From the NCBI GenBank assembly GCA_012295275.1, contig CM022665.1, forward strand, positions 20,522,001 through 20,586,000: DNA of 64,000 nt. The letters run 5' to 3'. Below the pieces are notes generated by a model that did not search any database, was not told the origin of the DNA, and was given only the letters and a program-made list of their open reading frames with translations. This document shows positions 14,201 through 28,241 of the stretch, piece by piece (the stretch's first letter is position 1; each line of letters begins with the position of its first letter). Source of the DNA: Chrysomallon squamiferum (taxonomy: Eukaryota; Animalia; Mollusca). The translations under genes were made by a program, and so were the position numbers.

Positions 14201-15502
14201 GTATAAAATACTTTATATCTGAAGTATCATCTCTCTCTGTTTTTATCCACATTGTATAAAATACTTGATTTCTGGATGTAGATCTATAGATATATACATG
14301 TATGTATGTATGTATGTATTGTGTTTGTGAGTTTGAACTCTTCATTATCAAATTCTTTTTCACACACTGTCACACACACAGGCTTCAAGAAATTAATTTA
14401 CATAGGCTTCAAGAAATATCCTCCAAGATGACACATAAATTTTCACCAATGAAATTCACAAACGTCTGCCTTCACATGCTGACATAACTGTGGCTTTACC
14501 ACTTAAAATTCTCTTATAATGACATCATTTACAGACCTGGAGATAAGAAAAACTTTTAAAAATTAAAAATTAAAAAAAAAAATTCAGAACTCAAACTACT
14601 GTCAGTTTTCACAGTTTTTCTATTTATTCAATTTGCACAGTTTAGATGTTATTAGGAGTTCATATGTAAATATGTGGCTTTTCTCAGAGGTAAATTTAAA
14701 GAGCAAAATTTATTGTTCTTCCTAAATATCACATCAAAAACACAAATATTTGTATAAATCTTCCTTAGTTACTTTTATTTTAATTGACTGTAATTTTAGA
14801 TATTTAATATATTGTGATTTTAAATATTTAAATATATTGTAATTTTAAATAACACATCAGAAACAAAATTATTCGTATAAATCTTTCTTCTTTCAAATTA
14901 TTTGAAAGAGCTATAATTTTAAATATATTGTCTTAAACAAAATTATAGTTTCAGTTAATTCCTTATCACATCAGAAACAAAATTAATTGTATACATTTTT
15001 CTTATTTCAAAATATTTCAATCGCCTGTAATTTTAAATATTTAAATTTACTGTCATACTTAGATATGACATCGGAAACGAAATTATTTGTATAGGTCTTT
15101 CTTCTTTCAAATTACTTGAAAGAGCTATAATTTAAATATTGAAATGTTACAATGTATTGGCAGTCTTGAATAATTTCACATCCAAAATAAAATTATTTGT
15201 ATTTTTTTTTTTTTTTTTTCAAATTATTTCAATCAGCTGGTGGTGAAAATTTCCACAAGGTTATTGACGACTTACAGAAGGAATTTAACAAGATGCAGAA
15301 GGACATGGTGTCACGAAGCGAGTACCAGGAACTGAAAACTGTTTGTGATAATCTGAGATCTGAGCTGGACACAGTCAAGACAACATATTCGAAGAAGATC
15401 AGAGAACTGATGATGGAGGTGGATGAAGAAAAGAAGCTGCGACTGTCAACACAAGTTGAGATTGAGAGAATTAAAAAACTTATAGCAGAATCGCATATCT
15501 AG
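878..15502 (+). CDS. SH3KBP1: CIN85/CD2AP-family adaptor (SH3 domain-containing kinase-binding protein 1-like), ~692 aa, 14 coding exons
   Basis: Exons: 878-881 (ATGG|gtaagc), 2169-2326, 2822-2972, 3792-3889, 4230-4371, 4973-5124, 5568-5694, 6201-6382, 6712-6946, 8194-8439, 12834-12937, 13414-13551, 14045-14120, 15237-15502 (TAG). All GT-AG, phase-consistent, 2079 nt. Three SH3 domains ([32 protein letters not shown]; [28 protein letters not shown]; [29 protein letters not shown]), the family motif [17 protein letters not shown], a Pro-rich region, a capping-protein CPI motif [17 protein letters not shown] and a C-terminal coiled coil. Exon 8194-8439 is the least certain. Confidence 0.92.
4362..4498 (+). 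repeat. ~28-bp tandem repeat x5 containing the exon-5 splice donor
   Basis: Unit TTAAYACAG|GTAAnTTAACTTTAYATnA; the first copy is the real junction at 4371/4372. Confidence 0.85.
8841..8880. repeat. Perfect 18-bp inverted repeat with 4-nt loop
   Basis: ATTGTGTTAAATGTACAC-TAAT-GTGTACATTTAACACAAT. Confidence 0.9.
9440..9750 (+). repeat. Three degenerate direct repeats in SH3KBP1 intron
   Basis: TATTTCAG..TTTTTATTAACTTGTTAAATTAACTA.CTTTGTTTTATCTACA at ~9451 and ~9616, partial at ~9722. Confidence 0.75.
12135..12770 (+). repeat. Degenerate ~60-bp minisatellite (~10 copies) just upstream of the CPI-motif exon
   Basis: Recurring TACATGACAGTATCATATCTAAACAAAA...TTTTATTTTTCACAA. Confidence 0.8.
14161..14266 (+). 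repeat. ~53-bp tandem duplication
   Basis: TATATCTGAAGTATCATCTCTCT..GTTTT..ATCCACATTGTATAAAATACTT occurs twice. Confidence 0.85.
14725..15135 (+). repeat. Degenerate ~100-125-bp repeat x4 in the last SH3KBP1 intron
   Basis: Recurring ACATCAGAAACAAAATTATT.GTATA..TCTTTCTTCTTTCAAATTA.TTGAAAGAGCTATAATTT. Confidence 0.7.
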
Positions 15503-15744
15503 TTTTCTCACCAGCATTGTTGTTGTTGTTATGTCAGAGAGAAAAAAACAAAAACAACAACATTTGTAATATGTTTATTACACATAAGCTGGTGTTATAC
15601 GAGATGTAATACACACTTCACTGTTATAACTAGAGTTATGACGTATGTTACGCTACATAGTTAACTGTAACATGACTGTGTATGCTTTATGCCAAGTTGT
15701 ATAGGTATTTATAGCATGCCTGGTGTTACATTGTAATATACTGA

Positions 15745-15900
15745 GGTATAAGGTAATTTATGACATACACACAACATAATGTTGTATTGAGTTGTAGGTT
15801 ATTTATAACATACATACAATATAATGTTGTATTGAGTTCTAGGTTATTTATGACATGCATACAATATAATATTGTATTGACTCATAGGTTGTTATAACAA
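15745..15900 (+). repeat. ~45-bp tandem repeat in the SH3KBP1 3' UTR
   Basis: AGGTTATTTTATGACATACATACAATATAATGTTGTATTGA, three to four copies. Confidence 0.75.
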
Positions 15901-18375
15901 AAATATGGAGTTATATCTGATAATATAGCTGTTATGATAACATTCCTGGAATTACACCAACATTAAAAAAAGCAAATTACCATAAAAATTAACTTTTAAA
16001 AATATTGTTTTCTTGAATTTCTTATAGATTTAAAAATATTTAATCTGAGCTCCATATTTTATTTCAAACTTTAGCTTTTTTTTTTTTATATTAATTATGT
16101 ATTTCATTACATCTTCTATTTTTTATTAGCAAAATTTTCAGCTTCATTTCTTCTTCTTTTTTTTTCTTTTTTTTTTCATTGGACAGCATTTATTATTTCT
16201 ACAATCCTCATCTTTCCATTAATCACACAATATTTACATTCCATTTTTTATGTATTAAATTAACAGTAAAATGTTAATGACTGTGCTTTTATTTTACAAT
16301 GCTGCAGTTTGGTGCAGTTCAACATACAGAAAGAATTGTAAAGAGATTTAATATTTGATTTTTTTTTCTTTAAGTTTATTATTTTTCATCACTGATTTCT
16401 CATTTCAGTTATTTCTTTGTGTCACTACTGTCATGTGGTGCTGATTTTTATGTTAAGTCCAAAAAAAAATTCTTGAGTACTTAATTCTTGTTTTCTTTTT
16501 TTTCTTTTTTAAATTTAAATCATATTATTCATTTTCTTTTGCTTCTTATATTAATAATAATAATATTATTTATTAGTATTTTACTAGAGTTATTATTATA
16601 AATTGAATTTAAAAATAAAGAATATTACAGATACATGTCACAAACAGTCACACTACAACTCTGGTATCTCAATTTAATGTCTCACATATTTAAATTATTA
16701 TTTTAATTTGAGTTGTAAAATGTAACATGAGCAGACTGATACACATAAATACATATAATTAAAATCATGTATATATATATATACAGCACTTGTTTGTATA
16801 TGAATGTAATAATTTATATATATATATACCAGAAAGTGTGAATTACTTTTTTTTATCTTCCCTTGTATTATGACATTCATTATTTCAGTAAATTCCTCAC
16901 TGATGTGTCTAAAATATTTGAAGTATGTCCCACTTTTCTTTCTTCATGTGTTGTGAACTTTAATAGCAGAATTTCTTTACTATAATATCTGAATATTTAA
17001 GAAAAATGTATTAAATATCATTTTGAAGAAAAAAGAACAAGATGTAAATATTTTTTTAATTTACATCTACAAATACTGGTTGTTGATAATTTGCTACCAT
17101 CAGTTTTTATTGTCAAGCAACAAAAATAATCATAATTTTTTATTTACTCACTTATTTTTTTCTTTTTCTCTCTCTCTTCTTTTTGTTCTTCTTCTTCTTC
17201 TTTGTCGTCTTCTTATTATTATTAAAAATAAACATATTTGTATTATAACTACTTTATCTGTGAAGCTGTTGACAGATATAAATAGATGAAGTTCAGAAAT
17301 AACTTTAAAAAGAATATATTTATTAATAATAAATGGTTTATTTTAAAGTAGAAAACTGTATATTATTAATGACATAGTTATTAAAAAATTGAATCAAAAT
17401 GTTACTGACATGATTATTCAGAACTAATAGGTTATTGGTCAGAACCTGACAGGTTGTTTGTTCACAACCTAATAGGTTCACCAATAGAAAATCATTTGTT
17501 GCTTGATAAGTTAAAAAATTATAGCTTTATTTTGTTAAATATGTTTGATCATTTCCAACATACAAGCTTTACCTTCATGTGATTAAGCATATATCTGTAT
17601 AAACCAATGATTAAAAATGTGCGACATTCATTACTAAAAATAAAATCATTTCCTCTTATCCTGTTTCATATATAAAAATATACAGCTGCAGAGAGCTTGT
17701 ACATTTATAATTTTTAAAATATTCAAAGTGTATATAAGGATTAAAACAACAATTTTTGACGAAATTACAACTTGTTACATTCTGTTACATTCTTACCTGA
17801 TAATAATGAACTGAGTTTGTTTTTAAAACATTCCTTCCTTTAAACTGTTGTTCTGTTAAGCTTTGAACTGAGTCTTTTTTTTATTTTTTTTCCCTTTTAA
17901 TGCATTCCATTTTCTCTGTGAGATGTAATTTGTGTGTACAGTATCCATGTGGCATCACAATCTTTCTGCAAAAGTTAATGATTTGGTGCTTGTCCATTGT
18001 AGTAGCTGGATTATGTTGGATTTTTTTTTTAAATTCTTATTTGATAGAAATAAAAACCAGTTGATTTCATTTCCATATTATTATTGTTATTGTTGCTATT
18101 ATTATTATTATTATTATTATTCTACTGCTGCTATTATTATATATTTTCTGATTTATAGTAGTTAGCCTTGTTTCTAAAGTTATTTTATTTGCCTGTAGAA
18201 AGCTAGATTTTATCCTACATGGTTGAAAATGTTAAGTGGCTTAATTTGACAATGGAAATTAACTAACACAAAAATCAGCCATTCTTTTATTTATATAACT
18301 CAACGATGATAAAATTGTTTTTCTTTTGATGATGATTACTATTGTTGTTGTTATCATTGTTATTACTACTACTAC

Positions 18376-18408
<33 letters not shown>

Positions 18409-20288
18409 AGATGTTGTCAAATTATCAAAAATCTCTTGCCAACAAAGTATATTTATAAAAAAAAGAACGAAGGTTGCCTCTCTGTTCTCCAGTTTAATTT
18501 TGTTCATTGCTCTCACTTAACATATTGAGGCTTATAAAATATGTGTATTGTCAGAATATCAGTTATTTATATTAATCACAGGTGGATTTTTTGCAAGGCG
18601 TGTTCTTTAATGAGATTATAACAGAATTTAAATTATATACAATATTTTCTCTCGTACAAGGTTATGTGGTCTGATACAATTGTTGATGGGGGTGTACATT
18701 TTTAGCTTAGACAAAATGTTAATATGTAAAGTAGGAACATAACATAAACTTTTTTTCTTTCTTTTTTTCAGATGATAATGACATAAAAATTCAAAAGGAT
18801 TGTAGAATACTGCATACTTTTTCTTATTTTTAGCTTTAAATTAACAAAGATTTTAAAATAGAATATAATTCTTTTCTTTTCTTTTTTTTTTTTTTTCGTT
18901 TTTAACAAAGATTTAGAATATACCCTCCTTTTTTATTTTTAGCTTTAAATTAACAAAGATTTTTATAAAATCATATTTTTCTTATCTTCAGCATTAAATT
19001 AACAAAAATTAAAATAAGGAATACAGCTTCTTTTTCTTCTTTTTAGCTTGTTTGCTGTATTATTACTTTTAATCAAATAATTTCAATGTTAAATATGTTT
19101 TTGCAGTTAGTAGATATTATAATTAGTGTTCATTGTAACAGAACAGTGTAAAAATCTTGTAGAGGATACTCACAGAAGTATTAGTTTGTATTGCTGAATG
19201 TCTTCCATTCTGATTCACAGATAAATCTACTTCTTACTTCCAATTTTTTAATCTGATTCAAACCTCTTAAATCTGGTTCCATTGGGATCTGGCCATTGCT
19301 GGACCACAGAAAATGCCAGAAAAGAAAATTTGATCCCCTAAAGTAAGCCCCTTTGTAAAGTCCATCTTGCTAGCTCATTCCAGTTTTACTGCATTATTAC
19401 CAAAGCTAGAAAAAAGGTTAAAAAAAGAAATAATACAATCATAAATGCTTCCAGACAAGGTTTCCATTGTTTCATGTAATATAAAGCTAACAGCACACCC
19501 TGGTGGCAGATCCACAAAGTAATGACAGCAGATTCATAATGCCCTGAATTAAGGGAATTGCCAGATACTGAAGTGCAAGATTTAAGAGGTTTTATTCTCT
19601 ATTGTTCAGTGTTTTTCTGCTATTCTAGGATCAGTAATATTCCACTATTAATCTGTATCGGAGTAAGTTTTGGGAGAACTATAAACAGCTAGTCAGGTGC
19701 ACATTTTTTCCTTAAACAGAAACACTAGTTATAATGTATAAATAAAATGTGTATCCAAATATTTGAAAACTTTTTTTTTTTTAAACTTTTAATAAGCTGT
19801 AGATTAGCTTTCTTGTTGTATCTGTTTTTATCAGATTATCAGTGTTTTTTATAAATTTTTTTACTCTAAATCATTCCACTGTATTGTACAGGTATAATAT
19901 AAAATGATATTAGGCAGGCCTGATGATAATTGTCATCATCTTAACAAGACAAGGTTTATTTCTGTACTGTGTTGTGTGAAGTTTTCTGTGACACTTTGAA
20001 ACTGCTAAGTATTTGGGATGGAAAATACGATAACTGATTTAACAAGCAAACTTCCTAAATCTATCTTAATTTTTATTTATTTATTTATTACTACTACTGC
20101 TACTACTATTATTATTATTATTATTATCCTCATCATCGACGACTGCGACTGCTACTACTACTACTACTACTAATAATAATAATAATAAAAATAACAATTA
20201 TTACTATTATTAAAATAATTGATTTATTTATTTATTTATTATTACATTGTTTTTATTATCATTACATTTTTATTATTTTATTGTTATA

Positions 20289-20324
<36 letters not shown>

Positions 20325-22784
20325 ATGTGCTGGAACATTTCTAGTTCTGCACAATGCAGAATGATACCGCAACTTGCAAAGATGGGCTATGAACAGAGAT
20401 CTGGCTAGCAAATTTCAGTAATATTTTAGATCTGCAGAAATGTTCAAGATAATTTAAGGATTTAACATCTGTATATTCTGTTCAAAATCTGTATTTGTAG
20501 GCATTTTCACAGATTTCCACAGTTTGTGTGTGTGTGTGTGTGTGGGTTGGTGGGTGTGTACATATTTGAGGGATTATGTCGTTGGTTTGTATCTCATGCT
20601 TAAAAAAGTTTTTTTTTTTTTTTTTTTTTTCCCCTTTGTTGTTATGAATACACTTCACATTTTTGTATATTATTGAGTAACAAGAAAAACCCTGGCCAGA
20701 CTGAGTAATAGGACAACCCATAAAACAATAAAAATCAACATAAAGAGCTTACCTGTGAAGTTCATAATCATCTAAATTTGTTCAGCAGCTGCTAAATCTT
20801 TTTCTCTGTATTTTCGTTACACACTGCTAGATGTACATGCGTTTTGTACTAGAAGTATCTCAATAGACTAAGCAAAGATCACAGTCATTTACAGCTTTTT
20901 TTTAATATAGCTGTGTCTATTACTCAGCAGGTTTACCTAGGATTGCAACAATTTACAGTTTTTCAGACTGATAATACAAGAATATGGTGCTCTGTTGACT
21001 AATAGTAACTAATACTATAACAGTAACAATCAGACAAAAACTAGTCTTTAGATTACAGGTAACATTCTGAAGTTAAAATTTTTGTTTTCTACAGTACATT
21101 CCAGTGTTGGTAAAAAATAATATTTCATTGTTTTGTAAAAATTGTGGTTTGATGATTAGTATATTGTATGATCTGTACACGCACACGTGTGTGTATATAT
21201 GTGTACATGTACAAATTTATATAAATAGATACAAACATATACACGCTGATATACACACACACACAGTATACAAATTTTCAAACATGCTTGTGGGTCAGTA
21301 ATTTATCATTATTAATAATATATGCATTTATATTGTGCCCAATACAGCTTATCTGGTGCTCTTACTATTATTACTCTGCTAAAGCTTTCATGTATAAAAT
21401 GCAGCTGTAATTTACTTATATATTTACTTCAATGAAATTTTTACATTATTTTTGTTCTGTATATTACTGTCAGAATTTAAATATGTCACTGGCCAATGTT
21501 AATATATATATATATATATATATATATGCATATATGCATATACACACAGATATAGATGTACACAAAGGAAATTGGGTTATTAAACTGTAGATAAAATGTA
21601 GAAATTGGAAACTTAGTATGTTTTAATCAGAACTTTAAATATCAGATTTATTTGTTTGCTGACACCAAATATTGCCAGTATTTGACAAAGTAAATGGTTA
21701 CTTTCAAAATGGATTTATCCACCATGTTAATGAACTTACCAGATCTGACTTTCTGTCTCTCCTGGATGAAAATTTATTTTTTCTTACCTCTGTACATTAA
21801 TTAAAGGATTTTAAGGGCATTAGATTGAAATTTACAGCATTTGAATTTTTAATACTTTTTTCTTCATTTTGTTGTTTGTGTTGTTCGTGATGTTTCTTGT
21901 TCAGATAAAAATGGTCACACAAATAATAATAAATTGCCCTATGATACTGTTTTATATCGTAATACAGAAATTTTAATTTAACATTAATATATTTACAATA
22001 TTGTTTTATACAATTATTTTCTGTTTACTGAACAAAATAAAAAATTATTTTATTTTTTATTATTATTTATTTTATTTTGGGTTTTTTTTTTAAATTTATT
22101 TTATTTGGGTTTTTTATTGATTTGTTTGAACATGTTGGTGCAAACAGTACAGGATTGGTGGTGTACATTTTTTTAATTTTTGTTTCCGTTAAGTAACTGG
22201 TTTTCATGTTTTGTGAAATGCTGGTATTTTTATTTTCCTAACAGCGTTGAAAGAAAGTCAGATTAACATTTTGTAAAAAGACAAGACAAAAACAAAAAAA
22301 TCTTTAAAATATAAATTGTTTAATAATGAAAAACAAATATTGTGATGCAGAGCATCTAGTTGACTGTATATTACTTCTGTAAATAATGAATACTTGTCTT
22401 TTTTAAAAATCAATTTGTGAAGAAGAAAAAAAGAGGAAATGTATGCTATGAAATTTTTCATAATCAAATAAGTACATTTAGTAAACATTAACTATATTTG
22501 ATAATCAAAATACTTGATTCTAACATTTATTTAGCTTTTTCTTCTAATTAATTTTATTTTATTGTTTTATTTTTAGTTTTTTCAGCTTTTACAGTTTTCA
22601 GACAATGTGATGACACATAATTTATAATTGAAAATTAGTACAATACAAATTAGATTTGTATTTAAAATTTATAGTGAATCGTTTTTTTCTTTTTATATTA
22701 AAAAAGAACAAAAATTTAAAACTGCATTGTTGAAGAAAAAATAAACAGGATAACCTTAAAAATAGAATTGTGTTTTGTGTGTAG

Positions 22785-22819
<35 letters not shown>

Positions 22820-23782
22820 TGCATGATAGTTTTAAGATGAAAAGGACGAGTTAGTCATGAATTGATGTGTAAAGCATTGTAATTGCAGTTTTAAGATTAG
22901 AAAAACAAAATGCGTTACATATGTAAGAAATGTTAACTTTTTACTGATATCTTTGCAGAAACTGACTTCACGTCACATTGAAATTTGTTCTATGAACTTA
23001 CTTTCTCTTCAAGCCTTGCTTTCAATAAGTTTTATCAACTATATATTGTATATTTCATAATAAAAAACATTAATATATCATTGTTTGTTATTCTTTTACA
23101 TACTGAGAAAGCTATACATTTTTTCCCCCCCGATTTATTTACTGCAAAGTATATGAAGATTTGTATGTGTGGGCAGTATTCAGTTTTATGAAAATTCTGA
23201 GTATTTATTGCCCTGATCCGATAATCTGTTGTAACTTGACATTTGTTCTGTATTTTTATTAAGCAAGATGACAAAGTAATAAAACTTTGATCTGTCAAAA
23301 TTTCAGAATCTTGGCAAAGGAAATAGCAGATGTGATAGCAATAGACAAACAGGCAGTGTAGTAATTACAGTTGTGTAGATGTACTGTTAATGGCATCAAT
23401 GGTAATTGATAGTTATGTACATACATTCAAACACTGAATAAGCAAACAACAATTTTCATATTAAATAACACACGAAATGATTTTGGCACTTTTTTTTTAT
23501 TATACATACTGAATTGGCAATTCTTTTTACATCATAATGCAGTTGTTTTTTTATGATAAAAAATGGATTTGTAAAGATAAAATGAACGTTTCTAGATGAC
23601 ATGGTTGTAGAAACTTGATTAATCTCTATCATGTAATAGTTATAAAATGTCTGTGAAGCTGACTCAGATAAATGATTTCAAAAATGATATAAACATCATA
23701 TGCATCAATTATTAAACGAGGTTTATCCACTCCAACAGGCAAAAATGTGTTGCTTTAATTTCAATATGTTTCAGAAATTGTT

Positions 23783-26700
23783 TCAAGTTGATTCAATCAA
23801 CCACAAATGAACCATTTTGTCTCCACCTACAGCCAGAATAGGCAGATGAAGATGCCAAGTGAGTCCATATGCCACAGGAATTGATGCGTTAACGTGAAGC
23901 TGAAATAAAAAAATAATATTATTTTTCTCTAGATTAACAGAATTTCATAAAATAATTGCTGTTCTCTAGATTAGTACAGTTTACTAAACTAATTGTTATT
24001 TTTCTATAGATTAACACATCTAATAATATAATAATTATTTTTCTCTAGTTAACACCATTTCATAATTATTTTTCTCTAGATTAATACCATTTTACAAAAA
24101 AAATTACTAAATGCTTGTAATGTGAGATTAAATTTGAATATGCATTTAAAATTAGTTTTTGAGGCATCAAAGCTGATCACAACTGAAAAATCAATACAAA
24201 CCTTTTTAAATAACAGAAATTTTATCTTAATGTATTTCAACTATGCCATGTATTCTAGAAACTTTTCAACACAAACTTTAACTGAGCCTACAAATATCTT
24301 TAACACAAATATACCAAATATATTTTATTTTATATTATGTGAAACTTTATAAATCATGGAAATTTGTATCTTAAATTTCTGAATTATGTCATGTATTCCT
24401 TCAAATTTTCAAACACAAATTTTAACATATTAAACATATAAAATACATTTCCTTTTACTTTACAGAGCAATAACTAACTTTAAAACTTTTTTATCCTGAA
24501 AGTTAGAAAACTAGCTGTGTTTTTAAAAACGTCTTAGATAATTAGTTACTATCTTTTATATCCGAGACAAAATTCTCTGAGTCTGTTTCTACAACATGGA
24601 TGTTTGTTCTATGACTGATCTCAAATGTATTACTGACAATGAACTTCTTAGGGATATTTACTTAAAGACACTGTCAGAGCATTTTCTTTCTTTCTACAAC
24701 AGTTCTCAAATAAATTATTGTTTGTGATATTTATTTAAAGATCCTGTTTTAGATATATTTGAAAAATATAGATTCCTAATTTTCACAATTACTACAAACT
24801 TGTCTAACCTGTGGGTGTCTAGTATTGAACACTTTGATTTGTCGACCAGGACGTCCAATGGTTGCTAGGAGACTCTCGTGACATCTTGACCAGCGGAACC
24901 GTCGAACACCATCTGTATGAGCCTGCCGCTTCTCAATTGGTTTACTGAAATTATATGTGTCCAATATAATTATGATTTTTTATTATTATTATTTTGTTTT
25001 TTTTAGTAATTAGAGATTTCAGTATTAAATTAACATTTTTTTTCTTTGTTATTAATTAAAGATTTCAGTATATAAATGTAATTATGGTTTTTCATTAGTT
25101 ATTTTATAATATGAGATGAAGCTTTCTGCTTCTGTTTTATTAGAATATAACTTTAAAAAAATATATATTTAAAATTTTATTGTAAGAAATAAACATTATT
25201 TCATATTCATTCTTTGTAACTAAAATAACATGTACTGTATAACTCATATAGTCATTTTAAAAAACTAAACACTCAAATTAAATTCAGCACCATCAGCATA
25301 AGGAAACTGAATTTGAATTACAAATTTTTTAAACTTATGTAAAATGTGTAGTGTAACTTAGATAATCATTTTCAAAACTAAAATGCTCAAATTAAATTTA
25401 CCTTTATCATCAGTATACAACTATAGGAAAATTCAATTTGGAACATTAAAATTTTAAATTGGATGTAAAATTAGATTTACCTCGTCACAGAAGTGTTAAA
25501 AACCAGCCAATCAGTGTTCGCAGCTACTCCAACTATTAAGCTATCGTGTTTTGACCAATCACAGTCCATGAGAGGAACCTGTCTTGTGTTGAAGCTCATG
25601 ATCGGTTGCTGGTTGTGCAGACTGAACATTCTGATGACTCCATTCTTCTGAGCTACTAGAATCTATTTTACAAAAATAAGAAAATTAATTAAAATGATGT
25701 TCACCATTTAACAGTTATTTTTGTTTTAATTATTAATATTAACTGATGGATAAATAAATAAAAATATGTTTGATGACAAGTATATATAGTGGTTAAATTG
25801 TAACTCCATTCTTTTGAACTACTTGAATCTAAACTAAGATAAATAAGAAAATTAATTAAAATATTATTCACCATTTAACAATTATTTTGATTTTAATTAT
25901 AAATAATAACTGATGGATAAATAAATAGAAATGTGTTTATTGAGACTGGCAAATACAAATGGTGATCTGGTGTCAATATATAGGAAAAAACAACAACCAA
26001 AAGTGGTCAGTAAATGTATATCAATATATATATAAAAATAATAATCACCATTTAATAATAATTACGGTTCTTTTAATTATAAAGAATAACTGATGAATAA
26101 ACATATAAAAATATATTTATTAACACTGACAAATGATCAGGTGTCACATTATTTGATAGCAAAAATTAAAAAATAATAATAACTGTTAGTAAATGTGTCT
26201 GCAAGAATTCAATTCTATTGAAATGATGGTTACAAACCTTTCAAACTACTAATTCATAAATAGTTTACACAAACTCAAAGTGTGACCATATTTATCAAAT
26301 AAAATAAAACAAAAACTTGTAAACTTAGTACAGACTAAAAATGTGATAATATTTATTAAGTAAAATAAAAATTAAAAAATAGCATATTTAGAACACAGAC
26401 TCAAAATGTGACCATATTTATGATGTAAAATGAAAATGAGTCTATTTAGTAAACAGAGTTAAAATGTGACTATATTTATGAAATAAAATGAAAAATAAAA
26501 ACTTGTGTATTTAGTGCATAGAATCAAAATATGACCGTATCTATAAAGTAACATAAAAACCAGTCTATTTAAAAATTACTTTCAGCGGTTCCTCCTGATG
26601 CCAACACACACTCATTCCTGGAGACGTGAGACGAAACAAAATTTCAACATTTCCATCTCTCCCCCAGATTCGACAGGTCAAATCATCACCAGTACTAGCC

Positions 26701-28145
26701 AGCTTTGACCCATTGCTGGGGTCAAAGGTTATAGAGTTCACAAAGTCACTATGACCTTTCATGACCTTATTTAAAAAATAAAAGCTTGTGTTATAAACTT
26801 TATTGTTAGAAAAAGATGGATGTAACAACAGTATAATCACTTAAAAGTACAAAAACTATTTAAACTGAACATTTAAAACATATATTTCTCAGAACTTTAT
26901 AATGACTATTCATTCACTAACTGTATAAACATTTCTGAGGAATGTGGAGAGCAAAATTTTTAGGTTTACAATTAGTTTTTCATTAGTTTTTTTCAAAATA
27001 TACTGCAAATATGCACATGGGAACTGAGCACTTTGAGTATCCTGCAAAATATAAACTACAAACCAAAATATTGTCATTTTCTTTCAAGTCAGATGTAAAC
27101 AGATGAATATTGTGTTCATTCATTTCTATTTCTGCTGTAGCAAAACTGAAACAAATAAAAAAACATAAAAATGTTTAAAACTTTATTATAAAACAAAATA
27201 CATAAAATAATTTTCAAAATGTTATTATTAAATTTTTGAAGCTTTATTTTTAAAACTTATTACAACAAGAAACAAAAAATAATTTATAAAACTTTATTAT
27301 TAAAACAAAAAACTTTATAAACATCATTAAAACAAAATTTATAAAATATTATTTTAAACTTTATCATTAAAATAAAATAAAAAAATAATTTTTGAAACTT
27401 TAATATTAAAAGCAAAATGGATTATGGCTTGGTTTTTGTCTGAGAAGTGACAAATCGCTGGATCAATCATCGCTGACATACCAATTAACTTTATCTCATT
27501 CTCTCCACATCAGAGTATTAAAAACTGTTAATAATTTACATTCTTTCCTGTCTATTTGTATTAAGAAACTTTAAAAGATAACTTCTTCTAGGTTGTAAAG
27601 GCAGAACATGATTGAATATTACTTTCGTAGTTTCAGAACTCATGCTTTAGCTATTAAACCAAACAATTATTATGAGCAATATTTAAATACACTGTACTGC
27701 TGAATATGTTGTATTCATTTGCAACAGTTAATCTTAACACTGATTTCTTTCACAAAAAAAAGAAACTAAAAAAACCCATTATATATGTATATATATTTTT
27801 TCTTTACCTGAGAAATTTAGGAAGGATAGTTAGAGAAGTTTCTGGGTTCCATGCTATAACACTTGTCTGACTGCTTGTCTGAAAATCTCGAATCTGAGTG
27901 TACTCCAAACCATCAACTTCAGCATCTTCTTCCTGCAACAGATACGGAAATATACTTGTACTATTCACATGATTTGTGGCATCACTTCCTACATTATTTC
28001 AGAATTGTGATTTGTTAAAATCGTTAGTGGTATTCATGAACAATACTCACATTTACATGATTTAATGGAGGGGTGTTTTTTTTTGTTGTTTTTTTATCGA
28101 TAACTTAAACAAAATACTTTTTCAAGCTCATACATAATGAGCTAT

Positions 28146-28241
<96 letters not shown>

